This document shows, one piece after another, positions 50,571 to 61,180 of a stretch of 64,000 bases of DNA. Made by a program: the position numbers and the translations under genes. Where the stretch lies: positions 448,001-512,000 of the forward strand of contig JBJOMY010000002.1 of assembly GCA_046052125.1 (NCBI GenBank), read 5' to 3'. This DNA is from Cyanobacteriota bacterium. Lineage in GTDB: Bacteria; Cyanobacteriota; Cyanobacteriia; PCC-6307; Cyanobiaceae. How positions within the stretch are numbered: position 1 is the stretch's first letter; every line of letters starts with the position of its first letter. Under the pieces are notes generated by a model. It was not told the DNA's origin and made no database searches. It saw only the letters and a program-made list of their open reading frames with translations.

Positions 50571-53500
50571 AAGCCGCGACGCTGAATGCTGGCGTCCTGG
50601 GCCATCCCCGGCGGGGTGTAAGGCACGAACGGCACGCCGGTTCCCCGGAAGTTGAAGTCGTTCAGTTTCACGCGAATGCCGCCGATGCCCTGATACGGGC
50701 TGTAGTAGATCGCCAGCTCGTAAGCGCGCCGCTGCCAGCGCAGTTCCACGTAGGAATCCACCACATCGCCGTAGAACTCGGAGCTGGGATCTACGTTCAC
50801 GCCAACACCGCCGCTGAACATCAATGGCCCCACGAGTTGTTGGGTCAAACCGAGGCCAAGCGTGCTGAGGTCGACGATGCGATCAAAGCTGAAGGGGCTC
50901 ACGCCTTGGCGAAGGGTGCCACCTCCGGTCACGGTGAACTGGGTGTAGTCGAAGGCGTTTTTCTGCAGATGTCCCAGCGTGATCGTGGGGCCGCCACTGA
51001 TGCTGAAGGCCTGCTGACTGCTGCCATCGCCGTAATAGGCGAGGTTCAGGTTGAGGTTGGTGTTGATCGCTAGGCCGGGGACCACCGGGGTCGGACTGAA
51101 GCGGGTGGCTTGCTCGCTGCCGGGATTGAGCGGCTTGCCGGTCCAGAGGGGCAGTCGGCTGTTGATCGAGCCATACACGCTGGCCCGCCACAGGTCGGCC
51201 AGGTTCGTGCTGGTGAATTCCGCTCCCTGGAAGTTGCCGAAGCCCGCCCGCCAGAACATCCGGTTGCTGATGTTGCCCAGGTTCGGGAGATCGCGGGTTT
51301 GCTCCAGCGAAGCCCCGAGGGCCGAGTACACGTCTTGCTCGCCCAGGGATCCATTCCAGACCCGGTAGCGATAGGCCGCAAACCCACGGGCTGTGGTTTT
51401 GCCGATCACGGGCAGGTTGAAGGAGCGGTGGAGATTGCCCCAGCTGCGGGTGCCATTGGCGAAATTGCTGGGATCAAAGGTGGAGAAATCACCCACCACA
51501 TCCACGTTCAGGCCGAGCACCCGCGTGTCGAATTGCGCTAGCAGGCCAAACAGATCGCCGATGCGGGTGGGCTGCGAGCTGGGGGTGGAGCTGATCGGCT
51601 CGCCAGGCAGCACGTAGCTGCTGGTGGTGCCATCGAGGGCACGGCGCACCATGAACTGTGGTTGCAAATTGAGGCTTCCCTTCTCGCCAACCGCGATCGG
51701 ACTGAGGTTGTAGCCGAGGTAGAAGCCGTCGCGATCTTCTGAATCCACAGCCGTAACCCAGCGGTTTTCCACCTCCCGGTCTTTCTCAAAGCGTTGGTTG
51801 CGCTGGATCGGGATCGGTAGGCGATCCTCAAGGATTAGTTGATTAGTGGTGGTGTTGATCACCACGTCGCCATTCGTTTCCTGCCGCGCGATTACGCCGG
51901 TGGAATCCACCCAGGTCTGTGCTGGGGTAAAGGGGTCGTTGCTGAAAGCAGCCCGGTCTGCCTGCCAGCCGGACGGCGTGATTGTGAGTCGGTTGGCCTG
52001 CAGGCGCCAGCGGCTGATGGTGCCCATCACAAACTTTTTGCCTGTGGATGAGAACGTGACGTTCTGCTCCGGTCTGACGCCGCCGAACTGACGCTCCTGG
52101 TTCGTTTGTACGGCCAGCTGCTCGGAGCCGAAACGTTGTTCCGCTTTCAGGCTCTGCTGGAACTCAATTCCGCTGACCCGTTGATCTACTAGGGCCTTGA
52201 TCGATTCCTGCCTTGTGGCCTCCTGCTGGGCAGGGGGTAGGCCTGAGCGCTTGGCAGGGTTTTCGCTTGCAAATAGGTTGCTCGTGGCCTGGCGGCTGGA
52301 TCCAAGGGCCACCTGGTTGAGCTGTTCGCTGAGCGTTTGGGGCTGGGGCCGGGCTCCTCCGGGGCAACCATCGGGAGGATCCATCTCCACGCGGAAACGT
52401 GGCGCGGGACTGCTGCCAAACCGGTAGCGCATACCCAGGAGGTAGGCATTGCTGCCCTCGCTAACACCGCTGTAGGTCCCATAGGCGCCGGAGCGGTGGT
52501 GAATGCGACCCACCAGTGACCATTCCGGCTTAATCAGGGCTTCCACCTCGAAACCGAGATAGTTGAGGAAGGTGGTGTAGTTCTCACGGAATGTCTTCTC
52601 GTAGTTGCTGACATTAGTGTTCAGGCTCACGCCTTCAAAGAACGCCAAGCTCAGCCAGGGCTGTAGCCAGGCGCGGATACCGAAGCTCCATGTGAATTCG
52701 CCGAAGGTCTGGGCGGGCGTATTGGCGTTTGGAACAGGCTGGTTGAATTCACCACCGGGTTGTTCATCAGCGTGGTGAAGTAGTGCTGTGGAGTCGAACT
52801 CAAGGGCAAACGGGCCACCGCGCAGCAGGCGTTTGTTGAGGCCTACACCCAGTAGGTATTCCGGCCGCATCTGGCCTTTGAACACAAAAGTGTCGCCGAA
52901 GTTGGCGTCGATCATTTGCCCGCCCCAGAGGGTGGTGCTCCAGGGGTAGGGATGCCAGTCGGGAATTGGTGGCAGTGGCGGTGGACATGCCATGGTCTGC
53001 GCCATCGGTGAGAGCGCAACCGGTGGCATGGTGAAGTCCTGGTCCGACAAGGATTTAGGAGTGCCGCTCGCTTCCGGAGTGCTTGTGATGCTGTTTGCCG
53101 ACCATCCCACCTCGCTAATCAAGTTGGGATCGCGGAGCGGCGCTGTTTGCAGCTCGTCTTGGATCCGTTCGTTCTGGCGTTGTAGGGATTGGCGGGTGGC
53201 CTCACGTTCCCGGCTGGCCGGTGGCGGCTCAGGCCAGCCGGGGATCGCTTGCTCAATGACGGGCTCAACCAGGTCTTGGGGCAGCTGATCCGGCCAATAG
53301 CTCAGTGGCAACAGCGGCGCTGCTGGCGGTTGGCTGGGGTTGAGATCGAGGGCGGCGCTGTCGAGGTCGAGCACCCCGTACACCTCATCGATCTCGCCGC
53401 TGTTTTCGATCAGGCTGTAGCGGAGCTTGCTCGCCTGGAGGTATTGGTTGCCGCGCTGGAAGCGGATCCGGCCGCTGGCGTAGAGCGTGCGGGTGGCGCT

Positions 53501-53812
53501 TTCGTATTCGATCCGATCCGCCAGCAGACGTCCGCCGGCGAGGATCACCTTGGCGTTGCCAACGGCTACGAACCGATTGGCCAGCAGGTCAAAACCCTGG
53601 CTGTCGGCGCTGAGTTCGATCTCGATTGGTGGCTTCTGCCCGGGCGTGGCCTCGATCAGCGAAGGCGCAGGCGTTACAGCAGGAGCTGGCGCAGCTGGAG
53701 GGGCGGGCTCTGTTGTTGTGACTGGCTCGGCGGCGCGTGCACTACTGCCAACGGCCACAATCGATGCCGATCCCAGCACCGCAATCAGACGGCGGAGTTG
53801 CGGGACGGGCAC
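50567..53812 (-). CDS. DUF3769 / LptD-like outer membrane protein
   Basis: Signal peptide, OstA-like N-terminus (LSADSQGFD...LADRIEY), C-terminal beta-barrel-like region. Confidence 0.8.
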   Translation of the reverse strand: MPVPQLRRLIAVLGSASIVAVGSSARAAEPVTTTEPAPPAAPAPAVTPAPSLIEATPGQKPPIEIELSADSQGFDLLANRFVAVGNAKVILAGGRLLADRIEYESATRTLYASGRIRFQRGNQYLQASKLRYSLIENSGEIDEVYGVLDLDSAALDLNPSQPPAAPLLPLSYWPDQLPQDLVEPVIEQAIPGWPEPPPASREREATRQSLQRQNERIQDELQTAPLRDPNLISEVGWSANSITSTPEASGTPKSLSDQDFTMPPVALSPMAQTMACPPPLPPIPDWHPYPWSTTLWGGQMIDANFGDTFVFKGQMRPEYLLGVGLNKRLLRGGPFALEFDSTALLHHADEQPGGEFNQPVPNANTPAQTFGEFTWSFGIRAWLQPWLSLAFFEGVSLNTNVSNYEKTFRENYTTFLNYLGFEVEALIKPEWSLVGRIHHRSGAYGTYSGVSEGSNAYLLGMRYRFGSSPAPRFRVEMDPPDGCPGGARPQPQTLSEQLNQVALGSSRQATSNLFASENPAKRSGLPPAQQEATRQESIKALVDQRVSGIEFQQSLKAEQRFGSEQLAVQTNQERQFGGVRPEQNVTFSSTGKKFVMGTISRWRLQANRLTITPSGWQADRAAFSNDPFTPAQTWVDSTGVIARQETNGDVVINTTTNQLILEDRLPIPIQRNQRFEKDREVENRWVTAVDSEDRDGFYLGYNLSPIAVGEKGSLNLQPQFMVRRALDGTTSSYVLPGEPISSTPSSQPTRIGDLFGLLAQFDTRVLGLNVDVVGDFSTFDPSNFANGTRSWGNLHRSFNLPVIGKTTARGFAAYRYRVWNGSLGEQDVYSALGASLEQTRDLPNLGNISNRMFWRAGFGNFQGAEFTSTNLADLWRASVYGSINSRLPLWTGKPLNPGSEQATRFSPTPVVPGLAINTNLNLNLAYYGDGSSQQAFSISGGPTITLGHLQKNAFDYTQFTVTGGGTLRQGVSPFSFDRIVDLSTLGLGLTQQLVGPLMFSGGVGVNVDPSSEFYGDVVDSYVELRWQRRAYELAIYYSPYQGIGGIRVKLNDFNFRGTGVPFVPYTPPGMAQDASIQRRGF

Positions 53813-53883
53813 CGACGAGCGTTAAGAGTGCGTGATCCTGACACGTCTGCCGCGGTCGCGCGGAGCAGGCGGCCTGTCCAGGC

Positions 53884-54003
53884 TCATTCCTCGAGGTCTT
53901 TGCGGCTGGGGGTGCGGCTGGGATCGCTGGCCAGGAAGCCGAACACGAAGATCCCGATGAAGAAGAAAACGACGGAATAAACCGAGATCTTGAGGGCGAG
54001 CAT
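53884..54003 (-). CDS. psbI: Photosystem II protein I
   Basis: Manual translation [39 protein letters not shown]. Confidence 0.97.
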   Translation of the reverse strand: MLALKISVYSVVFFFIGIFVFGFLASDPSRTPSRKDLEE

Positions 54004-54103
54004 TGGTTCTGTCCGGCGGTGACACGGAGTGACGGGCGCCAAGCGGGCCCTGAATGACCCTGCGGCAGCGGCATCATCCTATGGGTCGTGATCGCGTTGA
54101 CCG

Positions 54104-57100
54104 ATGCCGGAGGGCCCAGACAGCGCTGTTCGCTCCTGGATTGAAACGTTTCAGGCCCAATCGCGGTTGGACCTGAGGCCGCTCTGGCGCAGCGTTAGCC
54201 CTGACGGTGGCGAGGATCTGGCGCTGCTGGATCCCTGGGGCGCGGCCCATCGCCCGGATTGGCATGCCCGCGGTCTGGTGATCTGGCCGCGCGGTGGCCG
54301 GTGGCTGCGGCTGCGGCTGGAGTTGCGCTGTCCGCCGGCCTGGCAGCGCCAGCAGCAAGGTGATCGCCTGGCGCGCTTGGTGTTGCGCTGGTGGGCGGAT
54401 GCAGTGGAGCTGCGGGTGAATGGCCAGCTGGTGCACCAGGGCGATCTGTTCGACACCGCCTGTCGCTGGCCTCTCCCGGCCGACTGGTGGCAGGGAGCAC
54501 CGCTCGACCTGGAGCTGCGCTTGCGCTCCCCTGTGCATGACGACGGCGCCCTGATCACCAGCGCCGTGGAGCAGGAACCCCTCGATGCGGCTGATCCCAC
54601 CGCGGTTCTCACGGCGCCTCGTTTAGCTCTGGCAGCCCAGCGCCTGGAGGGCAGCGCTCAGCAGCCGTTGCTCGAGCTGTTGCAGGGGCTGGATCCAGAA
54701 GCTCCCGCTACCGCCGCAGCCCTTGAGCCCTGGCTTCAGCAGCAGGCCGCGGCGCGCCCGGCTGGCTGGGTGCACGTGTTGGGCCATGCCCATCTCGATC
54801 TGGCCTGGCTCTGGCCCGTGGCCGACACCTGGCAGGCGGCGCTGCGCACGTTTGAATCCGCCCTTGGGCTGATGGAGCGCTATCCGGCGCTGCACTTTGC
54901 CCACTCCACACCAGCGCTTTACGCCTGGATCGAGCAACACCGGCCCGCCCTCTTCGCCCGTCTGCGCGAGGCCATGCAGGCGGGCCGCTTTGAGCCCATC
55001 AACGGCCCTTGGGTGGAGAGCGACTGCGTACTGATCGGCACCAGTGCGCTGCTTCAGCAGTTCGCCCTCGGGCAGGCCTACAGCCGCAGCCGCTTCCCGG
55101 AGTGGCGCCACAACCTCTGCTGGCTGCCCGACACGTTCGGGTTCAGTGCCGGTCTGCCGGCGGTGGCGCGCAGCACCGGTGTGGAGTGGTTCTGCACCCA
55201 CAAGCTCGCCTGGAATAGCGGCCAACCCTTTCCGCATCGACTGTTCCGCTGGCGCAGCCGCTGCGGTGCTGAACTGATGGCGCTGGCCACGGCGCCGATC
55301 GGCACCGATGGCGATCCCCTGGCGATCGACCAATACCACCGCCAGTGGCAGGCCGCCACGGGGGTGGATCAGGCCCTTTGGCTACCCGGTGTGGGCGACC
55401 ACGGCGGTGGCCCTACAGCAGAGATGCTCCAGCAGCTGCAGCTCTGGGAGCAGCAACCGCTGGCCAGCCCCCAGCGACACGGAACCCTGCGCGACTACCT
55501 CAAGCAGCTTGAGCCCTTGAAGCGGCAGCTGCCTGTGTGGCGCGATGAGCTGTATCTGGAGCTGCACCGCGGCTGCGCCACCAGTCGGCCGGATCAGAAA
55601 CGCCACAACCGCAGCCTGGAGCGCTTGCTGCGGGAGGCTGATCTGGCGCTGGCCTTGCTGCATCTGCATCAGCCTGATCAGCCAACGGCGCCTCCGGCTG
55701 ATTGGCGCCCGCTGCTGTTCCAGCAGTTTCACGACATCCTTCCGGGCACCTCGATCCCTGAGGTGTTCGAGCAGGCGGAGCCGCAGTGGCGCCAAGCCCG
55801 TCGTCAGGCTCGAAGCAGCCGGGATCAAGCGCTCCAGGCGCTGCTCCCCTCCCATCACGGGTGGTGGTTGGCTCAGCTGCAGTTGCAGGCGGCAGGTCCG
55901 CGCACGCTGCGGTTGCCCCCCGGGCACTGGCAGCTGGCCGGTGAGGCGCTTGCACTGCCGCATCAGCCGGCCCCATGCGGCGGCGTCTGGGTGCAGGTGG
56001 CCATGCCAGCTGGTGTGGCGGCTCTGCCATTGCAGCGGCTGGAATCGCCTGATCCGGCGAAGGCGGTTGCCATTCAGCAGCCCGTTCAGCTGACGCGGGG
56101 CGATCAGCACTTTCAGCTCAGCAACGGGCTCGTGCTGGCGGAGTTCGATCCCTCCGGATTGGTGCAACTGCGCGGCGCTGATGGTGTGCCGCAGCTGCAA
56201 GGGCCCCTGGAGTGGTGCCGCTGGGCGGATCGAGGCGAGTTCTGGGATGCCTGGGACATCGCTGCCAACTACCGAGATCAGCCCCTGCCGCTGCACTGGC
56301 AGCCGGGCCCCGAGCTGGCTGAGCAGGGTCCGCTCTGCACGCGGCTGGTGTGGCGCGGCCATTGCGGCCGCAGCGCACTGCGGCTGGATGTGCAGCTGCG
56401 GGCCGCATCGCCCTGGCTTGAGCTCTCGTTGCAGGTGGATTGGTGCCAGCGCCATGAACTGCTGCGGCTGGAACTTCCCCTGGCGCAGCCCGCTTGGCGC
56501 GTTGCGGCGGATACGCCAGCGGGCGTGCTGGAGCGCCCGGCGGAGCCGCGCAATGGGCGAGAGCAGGCCCGTTGGGAGGTGCCCGCGATCAGTTGGCTGG
56601 CGTCTCAGGCGGCGGCCGGCGGCCTGGCGGTGTTGCTGGATGGCCCCCAAGGGGTGTCGGGGTCGGTGGATCGGCTGGGGGTGTCGCTGCTGCGTGGCCC
56701 CACCTGGCCCGACCCTTCGGCTGATCAAGGCTTGCAGCGGCTGCGGTTGGCGCTGATGCCCTGCGCGCAGGGTTGGCGCCAGCAGGCGGTGCCGCGCCAG
56801 GCCGCCCGCTTCCGTGAGCCCTTGTGGCTGCGCCCCGCCAGAGGCAGCCAACAGGCTCCCGCCTGGACAGGGTTCAATCTCGGCTCAGAGGCACTGCAGT
56901 TGGTGGCTTTTCAGTCCGTGGGCCAATCCGGCGAAGCCCGGATCACCGTGCAAAACCTCAGCCCGCACCGTCAGCAAGTGCGATGGCCAGAGAAATGGAG
57001 GGCGACCCCAGAGGGAGAGCTTGCCCCGGATGCCCACACCCTGGCTCCCTGGCAACTGGCCAGTTGGCGTGTGTCTTGCGCCGCAGGGAGCCCCGATGCG

Positions 57101-57115
57101 GCTCAGTCGTCGTGA
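54104..57115 (+). CDS. Alpha-mannosidase (GH38)
   Basis: GHAHLDLAWLWP, WLPDTFG, GVGDHGGGPT, ELYLELHRG, QFHDILPGTSI. Confidence 0.92.
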   Translation: MPEGPDSAVRSWIETFQAQSRLDLRPLWRSVSPDGGEDLALLDPWGAAHRPDWHARGLVIWPRGGRWLRLRLELRCPPAWQRQQQGDRLARLVLRWWADAVELRVNGQLVHQGDLFDTACRWPLPADWWQGAPLDLELRLRSPVHDDGALITSAVEQEPLDAADPTAVLTAPRLALAAQRLEGSAQQPLLELLQGLDPEAPATAAALEPWLQQQAAARPAGWVHVLGHAHLDLAWLWPVADTWQAALRTFESALGLMERYPALHFAHSTPALYAWIEQHRPALFARLREAMQAGRFEPINGPWVESDCVLIGTSALLQQFALGQAYSRSRFPEWRHNLCWLPDTFGFSAGLPAVARSTGVEWFCTHKLAWNSGQPFPHRLFRWRSRCGAELMALATAPIGTDGDPLAIDQYHRQWQAATGVDQALWLPGVGDHGGGPTAEMLQQLQLWEQQPLASPQRHGTLRDYLKQLEPLKRQLPVWRDELYLELHRGCATSRPDQKRHNRSLERLLREADLALALLHLHQPDQPTAPPADWRPLLFQQFHDILPGTSIPEVFEQAEPQWRQARRQARSSRDQALQALLPSHHGWWLAQLQLQAAGPRTLRLPPGHWQLAGEALALPHQPAPCGGVWVQVAMPAGVAALPLQRLESPDPAKAVAIQQPVQLTRGDQHFQLSNGLVLAEFDPSGLVQLRGADGVPQLQGPLEWCRWADRGEFWDAWDIAANYRDQPLPLHWQPGPELAEQGPLCTRLVWRGHCGRSALRLDVQLRAASPWLELSLQVDWCQRHELLRLELPLAQPAWRVAADTPAGVLERPAEPRNGREQARWEVPAISWLASQAAAGGLAVLLDGPQGVSGSVDRLGVSLLRGPTWPDPSADQGLQRLRLALMPCAQGWRQQAVPRQAARFREPLWLRPARGSQQAPAWTGFNLGSEALQLVAFQSVGQSGEARITVQNLSPHRQQVRWPEKWRATPEGELAPDAHTLAPWQLASWRVSCAAGSPDAAQSS

Positions 57116-57243
57116 TCGTCGAAGGGATCGGTGAGACCTTTGGACGGCGGGCCGAAAGCGGTATAGATGCCAAAGCCGGTGAGGGCCAGCAGCACGGCCA
57201 ACACGGCCAGTGCCACCGACATGGCTGGGGACGACGTTTCCAT
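57103..57243 (-). CDS. psbN: PSII assembly factor PsbN
   Basis: Manual translation METSSPAMSVALAVLAVLLALTGFGIYTAFGPPSKGLTDPFDDHDD; divergent from psbH. Confidence 0.96.
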   Translation of the reverse strand: METSSPAMSVALAVLAVLLALTGFGIYTAFGPPSKGLTDPFDDHDD

Positions 57244-57330
57244 CACAACTCTCGACAGGCACTGCCGCGGCGGCGGCCGCGACCCTTACAGTAACGAGAC
57301 TGACCCCCCTGCCTGAGAGCACAGCCCGTC

Positions 57331-57531
57331 ATGGCTCAACGCACCCGCCTGGGAGATCTGCTGCGTCCCCTCAACTCCGAGTACGGCAAGGTTGTTCCCG
57401 GCTGGGGAACAACCCCTGTGATGGGCGTGTTCATGGCCCTGTTCCTGGTGTTCCTGCTGGTGATCCTGCAGCTGTACAACAAGTCGCTGCTGCTCGACGG
57501 CATCACCGTGAACTGGAACGGCATCAGCTGA
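57331..57531 (+). CDS. psbH: Photosystem II protein H
   Basis: [31 protein letters not shown]. Confidence 0.97.
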   Translation: MAQRTRLGDLLRPLNSEYGKVVPGWGTTPVMGVFMALFLVFLLVILQLYNKSLLLDGITVNWNGIS

Positions 57532-57535
57532 TCGC

Positions 57536-57814
57536 ATGAACGTCTTCGGAGTCGGACTGCCGGAATTGGCGGTCATTGCCGCCATTGGTCTTCTGGTGTT
57601 CGGCCCGAAGCGTCTTCCCGAGCTGGGCAAAACCCTTGGGCGCACGCTCAAGGGTTTCCAGAGTGCGTCGAAGGAGTTCGAGCAGGAGTTCCGGAAGGCC
57701 GTGGACACGGTTGAAGCTGAAGTCACCGCTTCCACCAACCTCCCGCCGGCAGGCCTGTCCCGTGAGCAGTCGGTTGAGGCTGATGCAGCTGCTGATCGTC
57801 CCGCCCAGGGCTGA
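57536..57814 (+). CDS. tatA: Twin-arginine translocase TatA/E
   Basis: FGVGLPEL...LLVFGPKRLPELGKTLG. Confidence 0.93.
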   Translation: MNVFGVGLPELAVIAAIGLLVFGPKRLPELGKTLGRTLKGFQSASKEFEQEFRKAVDTVEAEVTASTNLPPAGLSREQSVEADAAADRPAQG

Positions 57815-57834
57815 TCAGGATCCTTCAGCAACCG

Positions 57835-58485
57835 ATGGCTAGTCCTGCAGCATCAGCTCCTTTGCAGCTGCTTGTCGGCCTCGGCAATCCCGGCGACAAG
57901 TATTCAGGCACGCGCCACAACGTTGGCTTCATGGCCTTGGAGCGGCTGGCCGCTCAAGCCGGCAGCAGCTTCAAGCAGCAAAGCAAGTTGCATGGCCTGT
58001 TGGCTGAGGTTGGCTCTGGCCCCAAGCGTCTGAGGCTGTTGATGCCTCAGACCTTCATGAACGACAGCGGTCGCTCGATTCGTGCTGCTCTCGACTGGTT
58101 TGGTCTCGAGCCCGAACAGATGCTGGTGCTCGTGGACGATATGGATCTGCCGCTCGGACGCTTGCGCCTGCGCAGCTCCGGTGGTGCCGGCGGGCATAAC
58201 GGCCTACGCAGCACGATCACTCACCTCGGCGGCCAGGACTTTCCTCGGCTGCGCATCGGCATTGGGGCGCCTGCGCTCAATCCCGTGGAGCGCAAGCAGC
58301 GCACCGTGGGGCATGTGCTCGGTCGATTCGCAGCAGCGGAGCAACCGGTGTTGGATGAAGTGCTGGAGGAGGTGCTCCAGGGCATCGATCTGATGCAGCG
58401 GCTCGGGCTGGAGCGTGCTGGTAACCGTTTGAACGGTTTCGTGGCGCCCGCCGCCGCCAAGCTGGCAGAAGCCCCCAGCTGCTGA
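57835..58485 (+). CDS. pth: Peptidyl-tRNA hydrolase
   Basis: VGLGNPG..YSGTRHNVGF, PQTFMNDSG, GGAGGHNGLRS, RLRIGIG. Confidence 0.96.
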   Translation: MASPAASAPLQLLVGLGNPGDKYSGTRHNVGFMALERLAAQAGSSFKQQSKLHGLLAEVGSGPKRLRLLMPQTFMNDSGRSIRAALDWFGLEPEQMLVLVDDMDLPLGRLRLRSSGGAGGHNGLRSTITHLGGQDFPRLRIGIGAPALNPVERKQRTVGHVLGRFAAAEQPVLDEVLEEVLQGIDLMQRLGLERAGNRLNGFVAPAAAKLAEAPSC

Positions 58486-58496
58486 GCGCCCCTGTT

Positions 58497-58754
58497 GTGA
58501 GTCGTCTGCCCGCCACCACTGCTCAGCTGCGGGTGCTGCAGCAGAGCTTCAGCCAGCGCCGTCTGGAAGGGGAGGTGAGTGCCGGCGGGTTCCAGTGGAC
58601 CTTCTGCTGGTTCTTTGATCGGGGGGAGTTGCAGGTGGAGCCCTCCCTGGGCCGGGCTCTGATTCACGATGCCCTGCTGCGGTTTTTGCTCAAAGCCGAC
58701 TACCAGCTCGAGCCAGGCGGCGACTACGCCTTCACCGTGCGCGCCAAGTTTTAA
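58497..58754 (+). CDS. DUF3146-like small cyanobacterial protein
   Basis: LPATTAQLRV...VEPSLGRALI.DAL.RFL...DYQLEPGGDYAFT. Confidence 0.78.
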   Translation: MSRLPATTAQLRVLQQSFSQRRLEGEVSAGGFQWTFCWFFDRGELQVEPSLGRALIHDALLRFLLKADYQLEPGGDYAFTVRAKF

Positions 58755-59182
58755 GCGGCTAACCAGCGCAGGTTGCTCGGGCGCTTGAGCTGGGCGCTGA
58801 GGTGGCGTTCCAGCAGGATCTGGGCCACCACATCGTCCACATCCCGTGGCGGAAGGCGCAGGCCTCCGGGCAGTAAGCGCCGCCAGCCCCGCGCGGGTTC
58901 CAGCTCCCAGTAACGCTGCCGTGCCTCCAGGGTGGTGCCGGCTTCCGCCACCACCAGTGCTGGCAGCTGTTGCTCAGCCAGCCACTGTTGCCAGGGTTTG
59001 CTGCCGGTGCCATTGCCGAGCACCACGCCATCGCAGCGCTCGGCGCTGATCCACTCGAGCAGCTGCTCACGGCAGCGCTGCGGCGGCAGCACGCCCGCTT
59101 CAAGCACCAACAGCTTGTGGCTGTCGGCTACAACCAACCCGCATTTGCTGCGGCCCGGATCGATGCCCGCCAGGTGCCTCAA
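58751..59182 (-). CDS. YqgF/RNase H-like resolvase family protein
   Basis: GIDPGRSKCG, LGNGTGS, EAGTTLEAR, DDVVAQILLER. Confidence 0.85.
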   Translation of the reverse strand: MRHLAGIDPGRSKCGLVVADSHKLLVLEAGVLPPQRCREQLLEWISAERCDGVVLGNGTGSKPWQQWLAEQQLPALVVAEAGTTLEARQRYWELEPARGWRRLLPGGLRLPPRDVDDVVAQILLERHLSAQLKRPSNLRWLAA

Positions 59183-60336
59183 CGGCTCACCGCCCGGATC
59201 TCCACCACCACAGGATCGGCCAGGTCGCTGCTCTGGCGGGAGATCGCTTGCAGTTGCACCGCCTGTCCGGCAGGGCGGTTGCTCAGATCAGCACTCAGTT
59301 GGTTGATCCTGCCCGCATCGAATTGCAGGCCGCTGGCCAGACTGCCCTGCCGCTGCACCGTGTTGTAAGCCGAGGCCAGCAGCAGGTTGAGGCGGCTGCG
59401 TACCTGCTCGATGCTGCGTTCATCACCTTCGAGCACGGTGGAAGCCAGCTGCTCTCCGGCCTTCACCACGAGCTTGTTGCGGCGCACATCGGGGAAGGCC
59501 ACCACCTGCCGTTCACCCTTGAGCACGTTGGCGGCGGAGAGCAGGCTCACCACCCAGTCGCCCGGTTTGCTGAGGATGCCTTCGAGTTTGGTGATGTCGC
59601 TGCGGGGTACCAGCAGGATCTGGCGGTTGGGGGTTTGTCCGGGCAGCACCCGCTGATACACGTTGGTGTTGGTCTGGCGCAGCAGCGCCTCGATCACAGC
59701 CTTGGCCTGGTCGGGGCGCTCGATGCGCACCTTGGCGATCTCCAAGGGCTGGCCACTGCTGATCACCACGTCGCCGCGGCGCAGGGCGATCAGGTTGGTT
59801 TCCAGTTGCTCCAGTTCTTTGGCGCCGGCACTGATCCGCGCGTTGAGCTTGGCCAGTTCATCGCGGTTCCGGCGGATGTCGGCATCTTTTGCCCCGATCT
59901 CGCGGCTGAGTTGATCGCGCTCCTGTTCGAGCTGGCGGCGCTGCTGTTGAAGCGGCGCTAGCTCCTTGCGCAGCGCCGTTGCCTGCGCTTCCACCGTGGC
60001 CAGTTGCCGCCGAGCCTGTTCGCGCCCTCGCTCAGCAGTGACCAGTTCGCCTCGGCTGCGCACGAGCGCTTCTCTGCCATCGCGCAGGCGCCGCTCCAGC
60101 TGGTCCAGTTCGAACAGGCCGGTACGCAATCGATCGCTCACCAGCAGCATCAGCCCCAGGGAGATCGCGCTGATCAGGCTGCCGGTGAGCACCGTGATCA
60201 CTACGGCGGTGCGGCGCGGGCGCATGCCCAGCAGGCTCAGGCGCGCTTTGCCCACCTTGGATCCAAGCCTGTCGCCCAGGGTGGAGAGCACTCCCCCCAG
60301 CAACAGCAACGCCAGGATCAGCAGCCAGCCGGACAC
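59179..60336 (-). CDS. DUF3084-like coiled-coil membrane protein
   Basis: LGDRLGSKVGKARLSLLGMRPRRTA then coiled coil; downstream of ntcA. Confidence 0.83.
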   Translation of the reverse strand: MSGWLLILALLLLGGVLSTLGDRLGSKVGKARLSLLGMRPRRTAVVITVLTGSLISAISLGLMLLVSDRLRTGLFELDQLERRLRDGREALVRSRGELVTAERGREQARRQLATVEAQATALRKELAPLQQQRRQLEQERDQLSREIGAKDADIRRNRDELAKLNARISAGAKELEQLETNLIALRRGDVVISSGQPLEIAKVRIERPDQAKAVIEALLRQTNTNVYQRVLPGQTPNRQILLVPRSDITKLEGILSKPGDWVVSLLSAANVLKGERQVVAFPDVRRNKLVVKAGEQLASTVLEGDERSIEQVRSRLNLLLASAYNTVQRQGSLASGLQFDAGRINQLSADLSNRPAGQAVQLQAISRQSSDLADPVVVEIRAVSR

Positions 60337-60374
60337 AACCTTGAGCGACGACGCTCAGTATCGACGGGAAGCGC

Positions 60375-61115
60375 TCAGCTAAACCGCTTCGCCAGGGCCA
60401 GCGGATCAAACACCGTGATCTTTTTGCGGTCGATCTGCACCAGCCCCGCATTGCGTAGATCCCCCAGCAGGCGCGTGATCGTGACCCGGGTGGAGCCGAT
60501 CGCCTCGGCGATGGCCTGGTGGGAGAGGCGCAGGTCGATGGTGATCCCCTCGCTGGTGGGCACACCGAAATCGCGGCAGAGCACGAGCAGGAAGCTCACC
60601 AAGCGCGACGACATGTCGCGGTGGGTGAGGGTTTCGATCATCGTCTCGGTCTGCAGGATCCGCGAGGAGAGGCCCTGCAGCATCAGCAAGCCCACGCTGG
60701 CGTCGAGTTCGATCGCCTTGCGCACCGAGGTGGCCGGGGCGGTGACCATCTCCACCCGGGTGAACGCCACTGCGTGATAGAAGCGATCGGATCGCTGGCC
60801 GGTGAGTAGCGACAACACGCCGAACAGGCTGTTTTCCCTAAGCAGGGCCACGGTGATCTCCTCGCCCGATTCGTACACCCGCGTGAGGCGCACGGCGCCG
60901 CGGCGCAGCAGGTACACCTTCTCGGCTGGATCGCCGGGGAAAAAGATCGTTTTGCCGCGTTCCACCGTTTCGGTGGTGCTGCCACTGAGGCCGCGGATCA
61001 CGTCCAACAGGGTGGCGTTGGCCATGGCGGGCGCTCCCGCCACCGGGGTGAGCCCTGCGGCGCCGGTGGTGGGGCTACTGGAATAGCGGCTGAAGCCTGG
61101 TTTGGCACCGACCAT
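60375..61115 (-). CDS. ntcA: Global nitrogen regulator NtcA
   Basis: [10 protein letters not shown]...[16 protein letters not shown]...[22 protein letters not shown]. Confidence 0.97.
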   Translation of the reverse strand: MVGAKPGFSRYSSSPTTGAAGLTPVAGAPAMANATLLDVIRGLSGSTTETVERGKTIFFPGDPAEKVYLLRRGAVRLTRVYESGEEITVALLRENSLFGVLSLLTGQRSDRFYHAVAFTRVEMVTAPATSVRKAIELDASVGLLMLQGLSSRILQTETMIETLTHRDMSSRLVSFLLVLCRDFGVPTSEGITIDLRLSHQAIAEAIGSTRVTITRLLGDLRNAGLVQIDRKKITVFDPLALAKRFS

Positions 61116-61138
61116 GACGGCGGGGCAAGGTGAGCCGG

Positions 61139-61180
61139 ACCCTACGGATCACCCCTGCGGGCTCTTGTAGTGGTTGACAC
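61139..61180 (-). promoter_or_regulatory. NtcA-activated promoter of ntcA
   Basis: Minus strand GTG-TCAACCAC-TAC (61180-61167), 22 nt, then -10 box TAGGGT (61144-61139). Confidence 0.75.
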
